Notes under the pieces: model-generated
What the model saw: the letters and a program-made list of their open reading frames with translations, nothing else
Told to the model about the DNA's origin: nothing
Database searches by the model: none
In this document: piece after piece, positions 1-9,483 of the stretch
Numbering within the stretch: the stretch's first letter is position 1
Layout of the letters: each line of letters begins with the position of its first letter
NCBI GenBank assembly: GCA_003249165.1
Contig: QKJV01000098.1
Coordinates: forward strand, 19,793 to 83,792
Direction of reading: 5' to 3'
Source of the DNA: Desulfobulbaceae bacterium
GTDB lineage: Bacteria > Desulfobacterota > Desulfobulbia > Desulfobulbales > SURF-16
Length of the DNA stretch: 64,000 bases
Made by a program: the position numbers and the translations under genes

Positions 1-1206
1 TTAAATCGCGCCAACGCCGCCGATGAGAGGGTTTTTGAATTACTATCTCAGAAGTTTAGGCTGTTTGATGGTGTGTTCGGTTCGTCGGATGAAGTGCTTG
101 GAGCCATTGAGGATGGCGTGGATTTTGAAAAGCGTATCCTTGATATTTACCAGTCTTGTCGTGAATCGGATGCAATCAGGGCGGCGTTTGATGCTCTGCA
201 GGAGGAGCTATCCGAACAGATAAGTGAAAACATTACTAAGGCGCGGCAGTCTATATTGGAAAATTTCGATGAGGATGTTTTCAAACATCTGAAAGACTGT
301 CACGAGGGGACAAAAGCAGAACTCGACAAGTTTTCCCGGTGGCTTTGTAACTTCTTTACTATGTGGGGAGCGGAACGGGTTGAGCCTCTCGACCAATGGC
401 GCTTTGCTTACATAGAAAATGGCGAGCGTAAGACTTATAACCTCCGTTGGAAAGACGCAGAAGCACTACATGATGAGTTTTTGCGCCGGGATGGTGAACT
501 TTGCACCAAGTGGATTGCTGAAGCAATGAATACAAATGCGCCTCCCGTTGCCATACGGTTTAATCATTCAGACTTGCCACAGAAAGACCATATCAGCTTT
601 TTGGACAGCCATCCTACTCTGAATAACGGCATCATCTCAATCGACAAGCTGACGCATAGGGGTATTGACAATGAGGAGCATCTGATTGTATCTGTTGTCA
701 CCAACGATGGTACACTCATTGATGGCGATGATGCAGGCAATATAATTGACCGTATTATGGAGCTACCGGCCGATATCGTCGGCGAGTGTTCGCCCGAATC
801 GGAAACTCTTATCAGGCGGCGGCAGGAAGGTATTCAACGGCAAAAGGATGATATCGCCGAACGCAACAAGATGTATTTCTTGGAGCAGGTCGAAAAACTG
901 GACGCTTTCAGTGAAGATTTAAAAGAAGGATTACAAAAGCAACTGAAAGCCCTGAAAAAGGAAATAGCAGAAAAACGTAAGGATTTTCGAACTTCAAAGG
1001 ATATCTGCTCTCTTGATGAAATGTTGGAGAAACGATCGGCGATTACCGCCTTAGAAGATAAGCGCAAAAAAATGGAGCGGGAAATAAGCCTCGAAGAAGA
1101 TAGGATTACCCTTGAGAATGAGGCTTTACAGGAAGATATCCGCACCCGTTTAAACGGCGAAATCGAAACCGAAACGATAATGACTTTCTCGTTCGAGATA
1201 GTATAG
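1..1206 (+). CDS. SNF2/RapA-like SF2 helicase, C-terminal part (5-prime end lies outside the window)
   Basis: Frame 1 is open from base 1 (LNRANAADERVFELLSQKFRLFDGVFGSSDEVLGAIEDGVDFEKRI). As I recall it, this is the conserved segment that follows motif VI in bacterial SNF2-type helicases. The rest is a K/E-rich coiled coil. The stop lies 13 nt before mod. Confidence 0.55.
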   Translation, partial: LNRANAADERVFELLSQKFRLFDGVFGSSDEVLGAIEDGVDFEKRILDIYQSCRESDAIRAAFDALQEELSEQISENITKARQSILENFDEDVFKHLKDCHEGTKAELDKFSRWLCNFFTMWGAERVEPLDQWRFAYIENGERKTYNLRWKDAEALHDEFLRRDGELCTKWIAEAMNTNAPPVAIRFNHSDLPQKDHISFLDSHPTLNNGIISIDKLTHRGIDNEEHLIVSVVTNDGTLIDGDDAGNIIDRIMELPADIVGECSPESETLIRRRQEGIQRQKDDIAERNKMYFLEQVEKLDAFSEDLKEGLQKQLKALKKEIAEKRKDFRTSKDICSLDEMLEKRSAITALEDKRKKMEREISLEEDRITLENEALQEDIRTRLNGEIETETIMTFSFEIV

Positions 1207-1219
1207 GAGGATTTTATAT

Positions 1220-2800
1220 ATGCAGAAACTTGAGCTCACGTGGATTGGTAAGGGCGATGAGCCCGCTGTCGAACCACGTATACTGCTTCACGATGCTTCA
1301 AAGGATTACGGCGACCCCGCCGCTGATAATATGCTGATCCACGGTGATAACCTGCTCGCGCTGAAAGCCTTGGAGCAGGAATTCGCCGGGCAGGTGAAGT
1401 GCATCTATATTGATCCTCCATATAACACGGGCAGCGCTTTTGAACATTACAACGACAACTTAGAACACTCCACCTGGCTATCGCTAATGGTTCCGCGCCT
1501 GCGTATCCTGCGTAATTTGTTGAGTGATGACGGTAGTATTTGGATTAGCATTGATGACGAAGAACGCGATTATCTCAAAGTGGTCTGCGATGAAATATTT
1601 GGCCGCAATTGCTTCGTGAGTGCAGTGTGTTGGCGCAATTCTGATAATAGTAACAATAATGCTTTAACATTTTCGATTGACCACAATTATATTTTAGTTT
1701 ATGGTCGGAATCCCGGATGGAGGCCGAAGTTTCTTAATGATCCGAGTAAACGAACGCACTTTAAGAATCCCAACAATGACCCGCGGGGCCCATGGTTTGA
1801 CGGAAATCCTGTTAATAATCCGGGATTGAGAGTAAATCTCCAGTACAACATCACCACTCCAAACGGGAAAATTATTAAGCACCCACCGAATGGCTGGCGT
1901 TGGTCATGGGAAACCATCCAAGAAAAGATGAAAACAGGTGAAATCCGATTTTCGGAGGATGAAACGCGACTAATAAGGCGAACTTATCTTAATGATATGG
2001 AAGGATTGCCACCGTCAACATTATGGACGGATTTGGATACGACAGGGCATACTCGTAAAGCAAAATATGAATTAAAAAACTTATTCCCTGAGGTTCCGGT
2101 AACCAGCCTGTTCAGTACCCCGAAGCCAGAACTGTTAATCAATTATGTTCTACAACTGGCAACTAATTCCGGCGACCTCGTTCTTGACTCGTTCCTCGGC
2201 TCAGGCACAACCGCCGCAGTTGCTCACAAGATGGGACGGCGATATATCGGTATCGAACTAGGCGAGCATTGTTATACTCACTGCCTGCCCCGCTTGCAAA
2301 AAGTAGTGGACGGCGAACAAGGCGGCATTTCTAAAGCCGTAGACTGGCAAGGCGGTGGCGGTTTCAAGTTATACGAACTTGCATCCACGCTGATTGTGAC
2401 GGACAAGCACGGCCAATCTGTCATTAACGACAAGTATAATGCGCAAATGCTCGTCGCCGCAATCGCCAAACTCAATGGCTACGATTATGCGCCTGATACC
2501 GATGTGTTCTGGAAACAGGGAAAAAGTCAGGCGGGCAGCTTCATCTTCGTCACAACCGAATACCTTACGGCGGCACAGCTTGACGATATCTCCCGCGACC
2601 TGCCGGAGTATGAACGTCTGCTTATTTGCGCCCCGGCATTTGATATTGGTCTTGGCAAACGCTACGAGAACATAAATGTCCGTAAAATTCCGCAGTCGGT
2701 TCTCGATAAGTGTGAGTATGGTGCGGACAACTACAACCTGAATATTGTAAATCCCCCCGAACTGGACGAAGACGAATGGGAGGACGGAGAAGATGCTTAG
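1220..2800 (+). CDS. mod: Type III-like DNA methyltransferase (Mod; beta-class N6A/N4C)
   Basis: Motif IV IYIDPPYNTG lies N-terminal to motif I VLDSFLGSGTTAAVA (beta-class order). C-terminal GGGGFKLYEL is typical of Mod. RBS aggagg is upstream. The gene overlaps res by 8 nt. Confidence 0.85.
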   Translation: MQKLELTWIGKGDEPAVEPRILLHDASKDYGDPAADNMLIHGDNLLALKALEQEFAGQVKCIYIDPPYNTGSAFEHYNDNLEHSTWLSLMVPRLRILRNLLSDDGSIWISIDDEERDYLKVVCDEIFGRNCFVSAVCWRNSDNSNNNALTFSIDHNYILVYGRNPGWRPKFLNDPSKRTHFKNPNNDPRGPWFDGNPVNNPGLRVNLQYNITTPNGKIIKHPPNGWRWSWETIQEKMKTGEIRFSEDETRLIRRTYLNDMEGLPPSTLWTDLDTTGHTRKAKYELKNLFPEVPVTSLFSTPKPELLINYVLQLATNSGDLVLDSFLGSGTTAAVAHKMGRRYIGIELGEHCYTHCLPRLQKVVDGEQGGISKAVDWQGGGGFKLYELASTLIVTDKHGQSVINDKYNAQMLVAAIAKLNGYDYAPDTDVFWKQGKSQAGSFIFVTTEYLTAAQLDDISRDLPEYERLLICAPAFDIGLGKRYENINVRKIPQSVLDKCEYGADNYNLNIVNPPELDEDEWEDGEDA

Positions 2801-5540
2801 AGAACCTTATTCGGCGAAATCATACTCCTATAACTCAAAATACATTGACAATCGCCTTGCCCTCCGTCCCCCTCAGAAGGAGAGCTTGGAGCGGTTCGCG
2901 CGGATTGTGGATATACTCTCCCTCTCAAAAACACCGAACTTGGATGAGGAACTCATAAAAATCCGTGAACTGTTCCCAACACTCACCAGTTTTGAGCGGG
3001 ACTTTCCGTCGGTATGCTTCGCCCTTGCCACGGGCATAGGCAAAACTCGATTGATGGGCGCAATGATTGCCTATCTGCACTACGAGAAAGGTGTCAATAA
3101 TTATTTTGTGATGGCCCCCAACCTCACGATTTATAAGAAGCTGAAAAACGACCTCGGTAACCCGAACAATGAAAAGTACGTGTTTCGAGGTTTAGATAAG
3201 TTCGTCAACGCGCCACGCATTATCGATGGCGACAATTACGAAGAATTCCGTCAGATGTCGCTGTTTGAAGGCGGCGTTACCATCAACGTCTTTAACATCA
3301 GCAAACTGAACTCAGAGAGCGGACGGATGCGCCGCTTGCAGGAGGTTCTTGGGCAGTCTTATTTTTCGTATTTACAATCCTTGCCCGACCTCTGCATCTT
3401 TATGGACGAAAGCCACCACTACCACGCCGACAGAGGGTTTGACACCATAAACGAGCTTCACCCAGTCCTTGGTGTGGAACTTACCGCAACACCACAAATT
3501 CAAAAAGGCGCACGGAAGATCGATTTCAATAACGTGGTGTATGAATACTCTCTTGCTCATGCGCTGAACGACGGGCTTTACGTCAAAGTCCCCGCCGTAT
3601 TCACTCGCCGGGATTTTCGCCATGAAGAATATACCCCGCAACAACTTGACCGCGAAAAACTCAACGACGGCATCCGTCTGCACGAAGAAACAAAAAGCAG
3701 ACTGGATGTGTACGCTCGTACCCACGGCAAGTCCATTGTTAAGCCGTTTGTGCTTGTTGTTGCCAAAGATACAACCCACTCTCGGGAAATACGCGAGTAT
3801 CTCACTTCGGATGCTTTCTTTCATGGATATTACAAAGATAAGGTATTGGAAATCAACTCGGCACAGCGCGGCTCGGAAAAGGACGAGAACATAGAGCTGC
3901 TACTCTCGCTTGAGTTGACCACCAATGTAATCGAAATCGTCATTCACGTCAATATGCTCAAGGAGGGCTGGGACGTGACGAACCTCTATACCATTATCCC
4001 TCTCCGCGCTTCGGCATCCGAAACACTCACGGAACAGACCATTGGGAGAGGTTTGCGTTTGCCTTATGGTCAGAGAGCAGGAGTGGATGAGGTTGACAGA
4101 CTCTCTATCGTCAGTCACGACCGTTATCAGGCGATTGTAGACCTTGCTAAAGACCCGAACTCACTTGTCCGTAAGATTTACTACATTGAGGAACAAGAAC
4201 TTCCCGAAAGCGAAGACGGGCGCGAAACCGTACCTCTTCCGACAGTTTATGACGCGTTGACCTCCGGCGAGAGCTTCACACAACAGTTGGCGTTTACCCT
4301 GCGTGAAACGGCGACGGACGAATACAAAGCTGAAAAAACGCCCGACCAGACGATGCTTATCGCAAGCATTGTCCAAAGTATAACCGCTAAAACGGTGGTC
4401 GAGGTTAACAGGCAGGTTCGGAATATTAATGCCATTAATGATGAACAAACGCGCAAATGGGTGCATGGCAGTATTGTTACGCAAGCCATACAGCAACTTC
4501 CCGAATTTGGGCTAAAAGAAGAGGACTTAACAGCAGTTGTCACGAAAGCAATCGAAACTTGTGCCCAAGCCCTCACAGAAAACGTCATTCCGATACCGCA
4601 GTCAGTCGTTCAGCCCCATACCGAAGTTAAGCGTGGATTTTATGACTTCACGCTTGATACGAGCCGTATGCGTTGGCATCCGTCCGACGACACACTCCTC
4701 GGCACGGAACTCATGGAGGGCGGCGAAACCTTTACGCTGGAAACAGGAACAGTTGCATTTGCAAAGATTGATACAGTGGAAAATGAGATTGTCCGACATA
4801 TTATCGTCCATGATAACGTGGACTACGCAACTTGTTCAGACCTCATCTATTCACTTATCACAGATGCCAAGCGGCACTTTTTGTCGTACTTGAATGATGA
4901 GGAAACGGAAAAAGTCATGCGCGATCGGCAGCGCACCATCGCTGAAATCATCTACGCGCAGATGAACGAGCATTTTTATAAAGAGGAAGTCAGCTATAGG
5001 GCAGCCAATATGCGCCCATTCACAAGGATTGAACCGAGTTTCGGCGGCAAGTTTAAATCGGATGAGATATATGACTTGCGGACGCCTATGGCGGCATCTG
5101 ATGTGAAGTCCAAGATATTCAGCGGATTTAAAAAAGCAGGTCATACGCTGTACAAATTCGACAGTGACACGGAGCGAACTTTTGCAGTCGTGCTGGAGAA
5201 CGATAATGCCGTTCTTCGTTGGTTGCGTCCCGCGCCGCGTCAGTTTAACATCTACTGGGGACAAGGCGGCGCGAGCCGTTATGAGCCAGATTTCATTGTT
5301 GAGACCGCCGAAACAATTTATATGTGCGAACCGAAAGCGAGCAACAAGATGCGAGATGCGGACGTGCTTGAAAAGCAGGAAGCCGCAGAAGAATACTGCC
5401 GCGCCGCCAGTGAATTCAACACCGAAAACGGCGGTAAACCGTGGAAGTATGTTCTTATTTCTCACGATGAAATCCGACCGCAGTCGAGTTTTACTTATCT
5501 CGCAAAACAAGCTTCGCACGAGCAGTTATCGATAGAGTAG
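2793..5540 (+). CDS. res: Type III restriction enzyme Res subunit (SF2 helicase + C-terminal PD-(D/E)xK nuclease)
   Basis: Motifs ATGIGKT (I), FMDESHHY (II), ELTATP (III), KEGWDVTNL (V), QTIGRGLRLP (VI). C-terminal YEPDF...MCEPK is a nuclease motif. Confidence 0.8.
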   Translation: MLREPYSAKSYSYNSKYIDNRLALRPPQKESLERFARIVDILSLSKTPNLDEELIKIRELFPTLTSFERDFPSVCFALATGIGKTRLMGAMIAYLHYEKGVNNYFVMAPNLTIYKKLKNDLGNPNNEKYVFRGLDKFVNAPRIIDGDNYEEFRQMSLFEGGVTINVFNISKLNSESGRMRRLQEVLGQSYFSYLQSLPDLCIFMDESHHYHADRGFDTINELHPVLGVELTATPQIQKGARKIDFNNVVYEYSLAHALNDGLYVKVPAVFTRRDFRHEEYTPQQLDREKLNDGIRLHEETKSRLDVYARTHGKSIVKPFVLVVAKDTTHSREIREYLTSDAFFHGYYKDKVLEINSAQRGSEKDENIELLLSLELTTNVIEIVIHVNMLKEGWDVTNLYTIIPLRASASETLTEQTIGRGLRLPYGQRAGVDEVDRLSIVSHDRYQAIVDLAKDPNSLVRKIYYIEEQELPESEDGRETVPLPTVYDALTSGESFTQQLAFTLRETATDEYKAEKTPDQTMLIASIVQSITAKTVVEVNRQVRNINAINDEQTRKWVHGSIVTQAIQQLPEFGLKEEDLTAVVTKAIETCAQALTENVIPIPQSVVQPHTEVKRGFYDFTLDTSRMRWHPSDDTLLGTELMEGGETFTLETGTVAFAKIDTVENEIVRHIIVHDNVDYATCSDLIYSLITDAKRHFLSYLNDEETEKVMRDRQRTIAEIIYAQMNEHFYKEEVSYRAANMRPFTRIEPSFGGKFKSDEIYDLRTPMAASDVKSKIFSGFKKAGHTLYKFDSDTERTFAVVLENDNAVLRWLRPAPRQFNIYWGQGGASRYEPDFIVETAETIYMCEPKASNKMRDADVLEKQEAAEEYCRAASEFNTENGGKPWKYVLISHDEIRPQSSFTYLAKQASHEQLSIE

Positions 5541-5565
5541 ACACTTCTAAGGAGGGAGTTGCCAC

Positions 5566-6708
5566 ATGAAATTTTTTCACTTATCCGACCTGCATCTCGG
5601 TAAGCGTGTCAACGAGTTTTCCATGCTGGAAGACCAGTGGGACATCCTGCAAAAAATTGTTGTGCTTGCCAAAGAGAATAAACCGCATGCCATCCTCATC
5701 GCAGGTGATGTCTACGATAAAGCTATGCCCATTGTAGAGGCCGTCCAACTATTGGATAGATTTCTTGTTTGGCTCAACGAACTGGGAATTGCGGTGTTTA
5801 TAGTTTCCGGCAACCACGACAATGCTGAGCGTGTGGCGTTCGGCGCGGAATTGTTGAAAAACAGTAACGTGCATATTGTGCAGTCGTATAATGGCAAAAT
5901 GAATCCTATAACTCTCTCCGACAGATATGGCGATATCAATATCTGGATGCTACCGTATCTCAAGCCGTCCCTGGTCCGCAAGCACTTTCCTGACAGGGAT
6001 ATAACTACATACTCGAACGCCGTATCCGCAGCTTTGAGCAATGCGAATCTTGACACTTCAGTAAGAAATGTGCTGATTGCCCACCAGTTTGTTACCGGGG
6101 CAGTTACAAGCGAATCTGAAGAAATCTCTGTCGGTGGTTCGGAGAATGTGGATGGCTCGGTTTTTGATGGGTTTGATTACGTTGCATTAGGGCATATTCA
6201 CCGTCCACAGCAGATCGGTCGAGAAACCCTTCGATACAGCGGAACCCCGCTCAAATATTCGTTTTCGGAAGCAAGCCATACAAAATCTGTGACAGTCGTT
6301 GATATGGATGTCAAGGGCAAGATAAAAATCACTGAATTGCCGCTTGTACCGCTCCGTGATATGCGTGAAGTTCGCGGCACATACAACGAGATTATGAACC
6401 GTAACAGCTACCGGGGTACGAACACGGAGGACTATATCCATATTGTGTTGACAGATGAGCACGATGAGCCGGATGCGATGTCAAAACTGCGAAACGTCTA
6501 CCCTAACCTGATGCGCTTGGAGTACGATAACAGACGAACACAGGCAGCGAGTTCTCTCGAAACGGTAGCGTCCACGGAAAAGAAAACGCCATCTCAGTTA
6601 TTCGGGGAACTGTTCGAAATGCAAAACGGACAGCCGATGAGTGAAGAGCAATCAAAATATGTAACAAGCCTATTCAACGAAATCTGGGAGGAGGTGTCGA
6701 ACTCATGA
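5566..6708 (+). CDS. sbcD: Exonuclease SbcD (Mre11-like phosphoesterase)
   Basis: MKFFHLSDLHLGK, AGDVYD, SGNHD and GHIHRPQ calcineurin-like motifs. RBS aaggaggga. 4-nt overlap with sbcC. Confidence 0.9.
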   Translation: MKFFHLSDLHLGKRVNEFSMLEDQWDILQKIVVLAKENKPHAILIAGDVYDKAMPIVEAVQLLDRFLVWLNELGIAVFIVSGNHDNAERVAFGAELLKNSNVHIVQSYNGKMNPITLSDRYGDINIWMLPYLKPSLVRKHFPDRDITTYSNAVSAALSNANLDTSVRNVLIAHQFVTGAVTSESEEISVGGSENVDGSVFDGFDYVALGHIHRPQQIGRETLRYSGTPLKYSFSEASHTKSVTVVDMDVKGKIKITELPLVPLRDMREVRGTYNEIMNRNSYRGTNTEDYIHIVLTDEHDEPDAMSKLRNVYPNLMRLEYDNRRTQAASSLETVASTEKKTPSQLFGELFEMQNGQPMSEEQSKYVTSLFNEIWEEVSNS

Positions 6709-9473
6709 GACCTCTCAAACTGACCATGTCTGCCTTTGGCTGTTATGCAGACAAACAGACCGTTGATTTTCAAACGCTTGGCAATGAAGGGCTATACCTC
6801 ATTACTGGTGATACTGGAGCGGGAAAAACAACCATATTCGATGCCATTACCTTCGCACTCTACGGGGAAACAAGCGGTGACAACAGGAAAGCAGAAATGC
6901 TGCGTAGCAAGTACGCACAAGAGAATGCAGAAACCTATGTTGAGCTTTCATTCCAATACCATGATAAGGTCTACCTTATCAAACGTAATCCGGCTTATGT
7001 GCGGGCAAAGCAACGTGGTGAAGGCACAACAGAGGAAAAGGCTGATGCCGAACTGCACCTACCAGACGACCGCATTGTGACGAAACTTAGAGAGGTCAAC
7101 ACCAAGGTCGAGGAAATACTCGGTATCAACCGTGAGCAGTTTGTCCAGATTGCGATGATAGCACAGGGTGAATTTCTGAAAGTCCTTCACGCCAGTACCG
7201 AAGACCGAATCGAGATATTCCGTAAGATTTTTTATACGGACGCCTACAAAACATTTCAAGACAGAGTTAAGAAGGACGCGAACGGACTCGTTGCAGAAAT
7301 CAAAGAGCAACGGCGCGGTTACGACTTTAGCCTCGGTAATGTTCAAGTAGATGCGAACGACGAAGAAAACACGCAAAAACTCTCCGATGCCAAGTCTGGG
7401 CTCTTATTGGCGGGTGATGTCATCGAATGGCTTACACTAATTATTTCTGCCGACGATGAAGCATTCTCCGCAAATGAGAAATTGTTGGAGAAAGTGGGCG
7501 TCAAACTGGCTGAAATAAACCAGAGGGTCGGGCAAGCCGAGCAGGATAAGAAAGCGCGTGACGCTTTAAAAGCTGCGGAAGACCGTCTCCCTTCTGAAAT
7601 GGCGGCTCAGAATGAAGCTGAATCCGTTTTAAACGCGGAAAAAGCTAAACAGCCTGAATACGAGTCCGTAAAAACTCAAATTTCTGAAATAGAGCGGTCG
7701 TTGACTAAATATCAGGAACTGCAAAATCTTATCGATTCGATAAAGTTAAACGAGGAAAAGTTATCTGTCGAAAAGCAAAATGCCGATAACTTACAAAAGA
7801 AACAAACCTCCGATACATCTGCGCTTAAGACCGCAAAAGAGGAACTCAAGTCTTTAGTGGATGCCGAAGTCATAGCCGAAACATTGCGTAGCCAACAAGG
7901 AAAGCTGACCACAAAGCAGAGCAGTATTGGTTCGTTAACCGCTTTGCTCGAAGGTTATAGCAGACTGCTTTCTGAACTCAAAGCGGCACAAGACGATTAC
8001 ACCGAAAAGTCTACAATTGCAAAGACTAAGCGGGATGGATATGAAACTCTTAACAAGGCGTATCTCGATGAGCAAGCGGGGATATTGGCAGTAGAACTGA
8101 AAGATGGACAACCCTGCCCAGTCTGCGGTTCTACCGAGCATCCTGATCCTGCGGTTTTATCTGTTAAGGCTCCTACAAAGGCGGAACTTGATAAGGCAAA
8201 GAAGGCCGCTGAGGCTGCAGAATCAGAAATGACTACTGCCAGTGGCTTGGCAAGCAACTTGAACGGGCAAAGCGGTACTAAGCGAGACGAAATCATAACC
8301 GCTGCAACGACGTTATTGGGAGAAATCTTGTTCGATAATATCCCGTCGGTTTTGGAGAGTGCGTTAACTGAGGTCAAAACAGGACTTGCGGAAGTCAATG
8401 AGAAACTCGCCGAGCAAGAGAAAAGAATAGCTCGAAAAAAGGAACTTGAAGAAGCGATACCTACTTCCGAGAGTAACCTTATTAAAGTCGGCGAGGCTCT
8501 TGGTAAGTCCAAAGAACAAGTCGCTGCACTGACCACGCAGATTGACGCCGACAGCAAAACAAGGGACAAGCAGGCAGCGGAACTCAAATTTAAGAATGAG
8601 GCAGATGCCAAAGCGGAAATCACCGCTCTCAGCACCAAAAAGAAAGGCTACGAAGATGCCCTCCAAACCGTCCAGACCGCATATGATACAGCAAAAACGA
8701 AAGTGAACGGCACAGCAACGGAGATACAAACATTGCAAGCACAGCTTGGTGATTCACAACCTTTGGATTTGGATGCACTAAAACAAGAAAAAGGCACTAT
8801 TGAAAGCACACAGCGTGGATTGGGCGAAATCAACCGTGTTGTCGGCACACGAAAGTCTGTCAACCAAACTGCGTTGAACGACATTAACAAAACGGCTAAA
8901 GCCATCATGGAGCTCGAAGTTCGTTACAAGTGGTTGAAAGAAATTTCCGACACAGCAAACGGAGATATTAGCGGCAAAGAAAAAATCAAACTGGAAACCT
9001 ATATCCAAGCAGCGTACTTCGACAGGATAATTGCGCGGGCAAATATTCGCCTTCTTCAGATGTCAAATAGCCAGTTCGAGTTAAAGCGGCGAGATGTAAG
9101 CGGCAAGCAGGGACAAAGCGGCTTAGACTTGAATGTCATTGACCACTACAATGGTACAGAACGCGATGCAAAAACGCTCTCAGGTGGTGAGTCGTTCATC
9201 GCCTCTCTGTCGCTTGCACTTGGTCTTTCGGATGAAATACAGAACAATGCTGGAGGCATACGTCTTGATTCGATGTTTGTTGATGAGGGCTTCGATTCAT
9301 TAGATGATACGAAACTGTCACAATCAATACAGGCGTTGATGAGTATATCGCAGACCAATCGCCTTGTTGGGATAATATCACATGTTACTGGGCTTGATGA
9401 AAAAATAGGTCGCAAAATCGTCGTGATCAAAGACCGTACGGGTGGTAGCAGAGCCGAAATACTGGTGGGATAA
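6705..9473 (+). CDS. sbcC: Exonuclease SbcC (Rad50-like ABC ATPase with zinc hook)
   Basis: Walker A GDTGAGKTT, long coiled coil, CPVCGSTEHP zinc hook, signature LSGGESF, Walker B MFVDEGFDSLD. Confidence 0.9.
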   Translation: MRPLKLTMSAFGCYADKQTVDFQTLGNEGLYLITGDTGAGKTTIFDAITFALYGETSGDNRKAEMLRSKYAQENAETYVELSFQYHDKVYLIKRNPAYVRAKQRGEGTTEEKADAELHLPDDRIVTKLREVNTKVEEILGINREQFVQIAMIAQGEFLKVLHASTEDRIEIFRKIFYTDAYKTFQDRVKKDANGLVAEIKEQRRGYDFSLGNVQVDANDEENTQKLSDAKSGLLLAGDVIEWLTLIISADDEAFSANEKLLEKVGVKLAEINQRVGQAEQDKKARDALKAAEDRLPSEMAAQNEAESVLNAEKAKQPEYESVKTQISEIERSLTKYQELQNLIDSIKLNEEKLSVEKQNADNLQKKQTSDTSALKTAKEELKSLVDAEVIAETLRSQQGKLTTKQSSIGSLTALLEGYSRLLSELKAAQDDYTEKSTIAKTKRDGYETLNKAYLDEQAGILAVELKDGQPCPVCGSTEHPDPAVLSVKAPTKAELDKAKKAAEAAESEMTTASGLASNLNGQSGTKRDEIITAATTLLGEILFDNIPSVLESALTEVKTGLAEVNEKLAEQEKRIARKKELEEAIPTSESNLIKVGEALGKSKEQVAALTTQIDADSKTRDKQAAELKFKNEADAKAEITALSTKKKGYEDALQTVQTAYDTAKTKVNGTATEIQTLQAQLGDSQPLDLDALKQEKGTIESTQRGLGEINRVVGTRKSVNQTALNDINKTAKAIMELEVRYKWLKEISDTANGDISGKEKIKLETYIQAAYFDRIIARANIRLLQMSNSQFELKRRDVSGKQGQSGLDLNVIDHYNGTERDAKTLSGGESFIASLSLALGLSDEIQNNAGGIRLDSMFVDEGFDSLDDTKLSQSIQALMSISQTNRLVGIISHVTGLDEKIGRKIVVIKDRTGGSRAEILVG

Positions 9474-9483
9474 GGAGATTTCT

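Noticed and set aside
2750-2765. C6 homopolymer near the 3-prime end of mod as a phase-variation tract.
   Set aside because: It is too short and too close to the stop codon to act as a plausible slipped-strand switch. No longer simple-sequence repeats were seen in mod, hsdS or hsdM.
7997-8638. 213-aa minus-strand ORF inside sbcC, plus similar long antisense ORFs at 4851-5519, 31023-31850, 39333-39821 and 13486-13920.
   Set aside because: They lie fully inside well-supported plus-strand genes and have low-complexity or Ser/Cys/Leu-rich translations with no RBS context. They are shadow ORFs.
5566-9473. SbcCD as a divergent defence-specific Rad50/Mre11 paralogue (Lamassu/Wadjet-like).
   Set aside because: Both proteins keep all canonical SbcD/SbcC motifs, the zinc hook and typical lengths, so by sequence they are bona fide SbcCD. 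Only the genomic context is unusual, and that is reported as a separate finding.
9442-9483. Upstream starts proposed by the ORF track here and at 18378, 35536, 42077, 48383, 53105, 55048(-), 56770, 59011, 60785 and 61113.
   Set aside because: Each would overlap the preceding gene or lacks an RBS. Internal ATGs preceded by AGGAG-like sequences match the conserved N-termini of the families.
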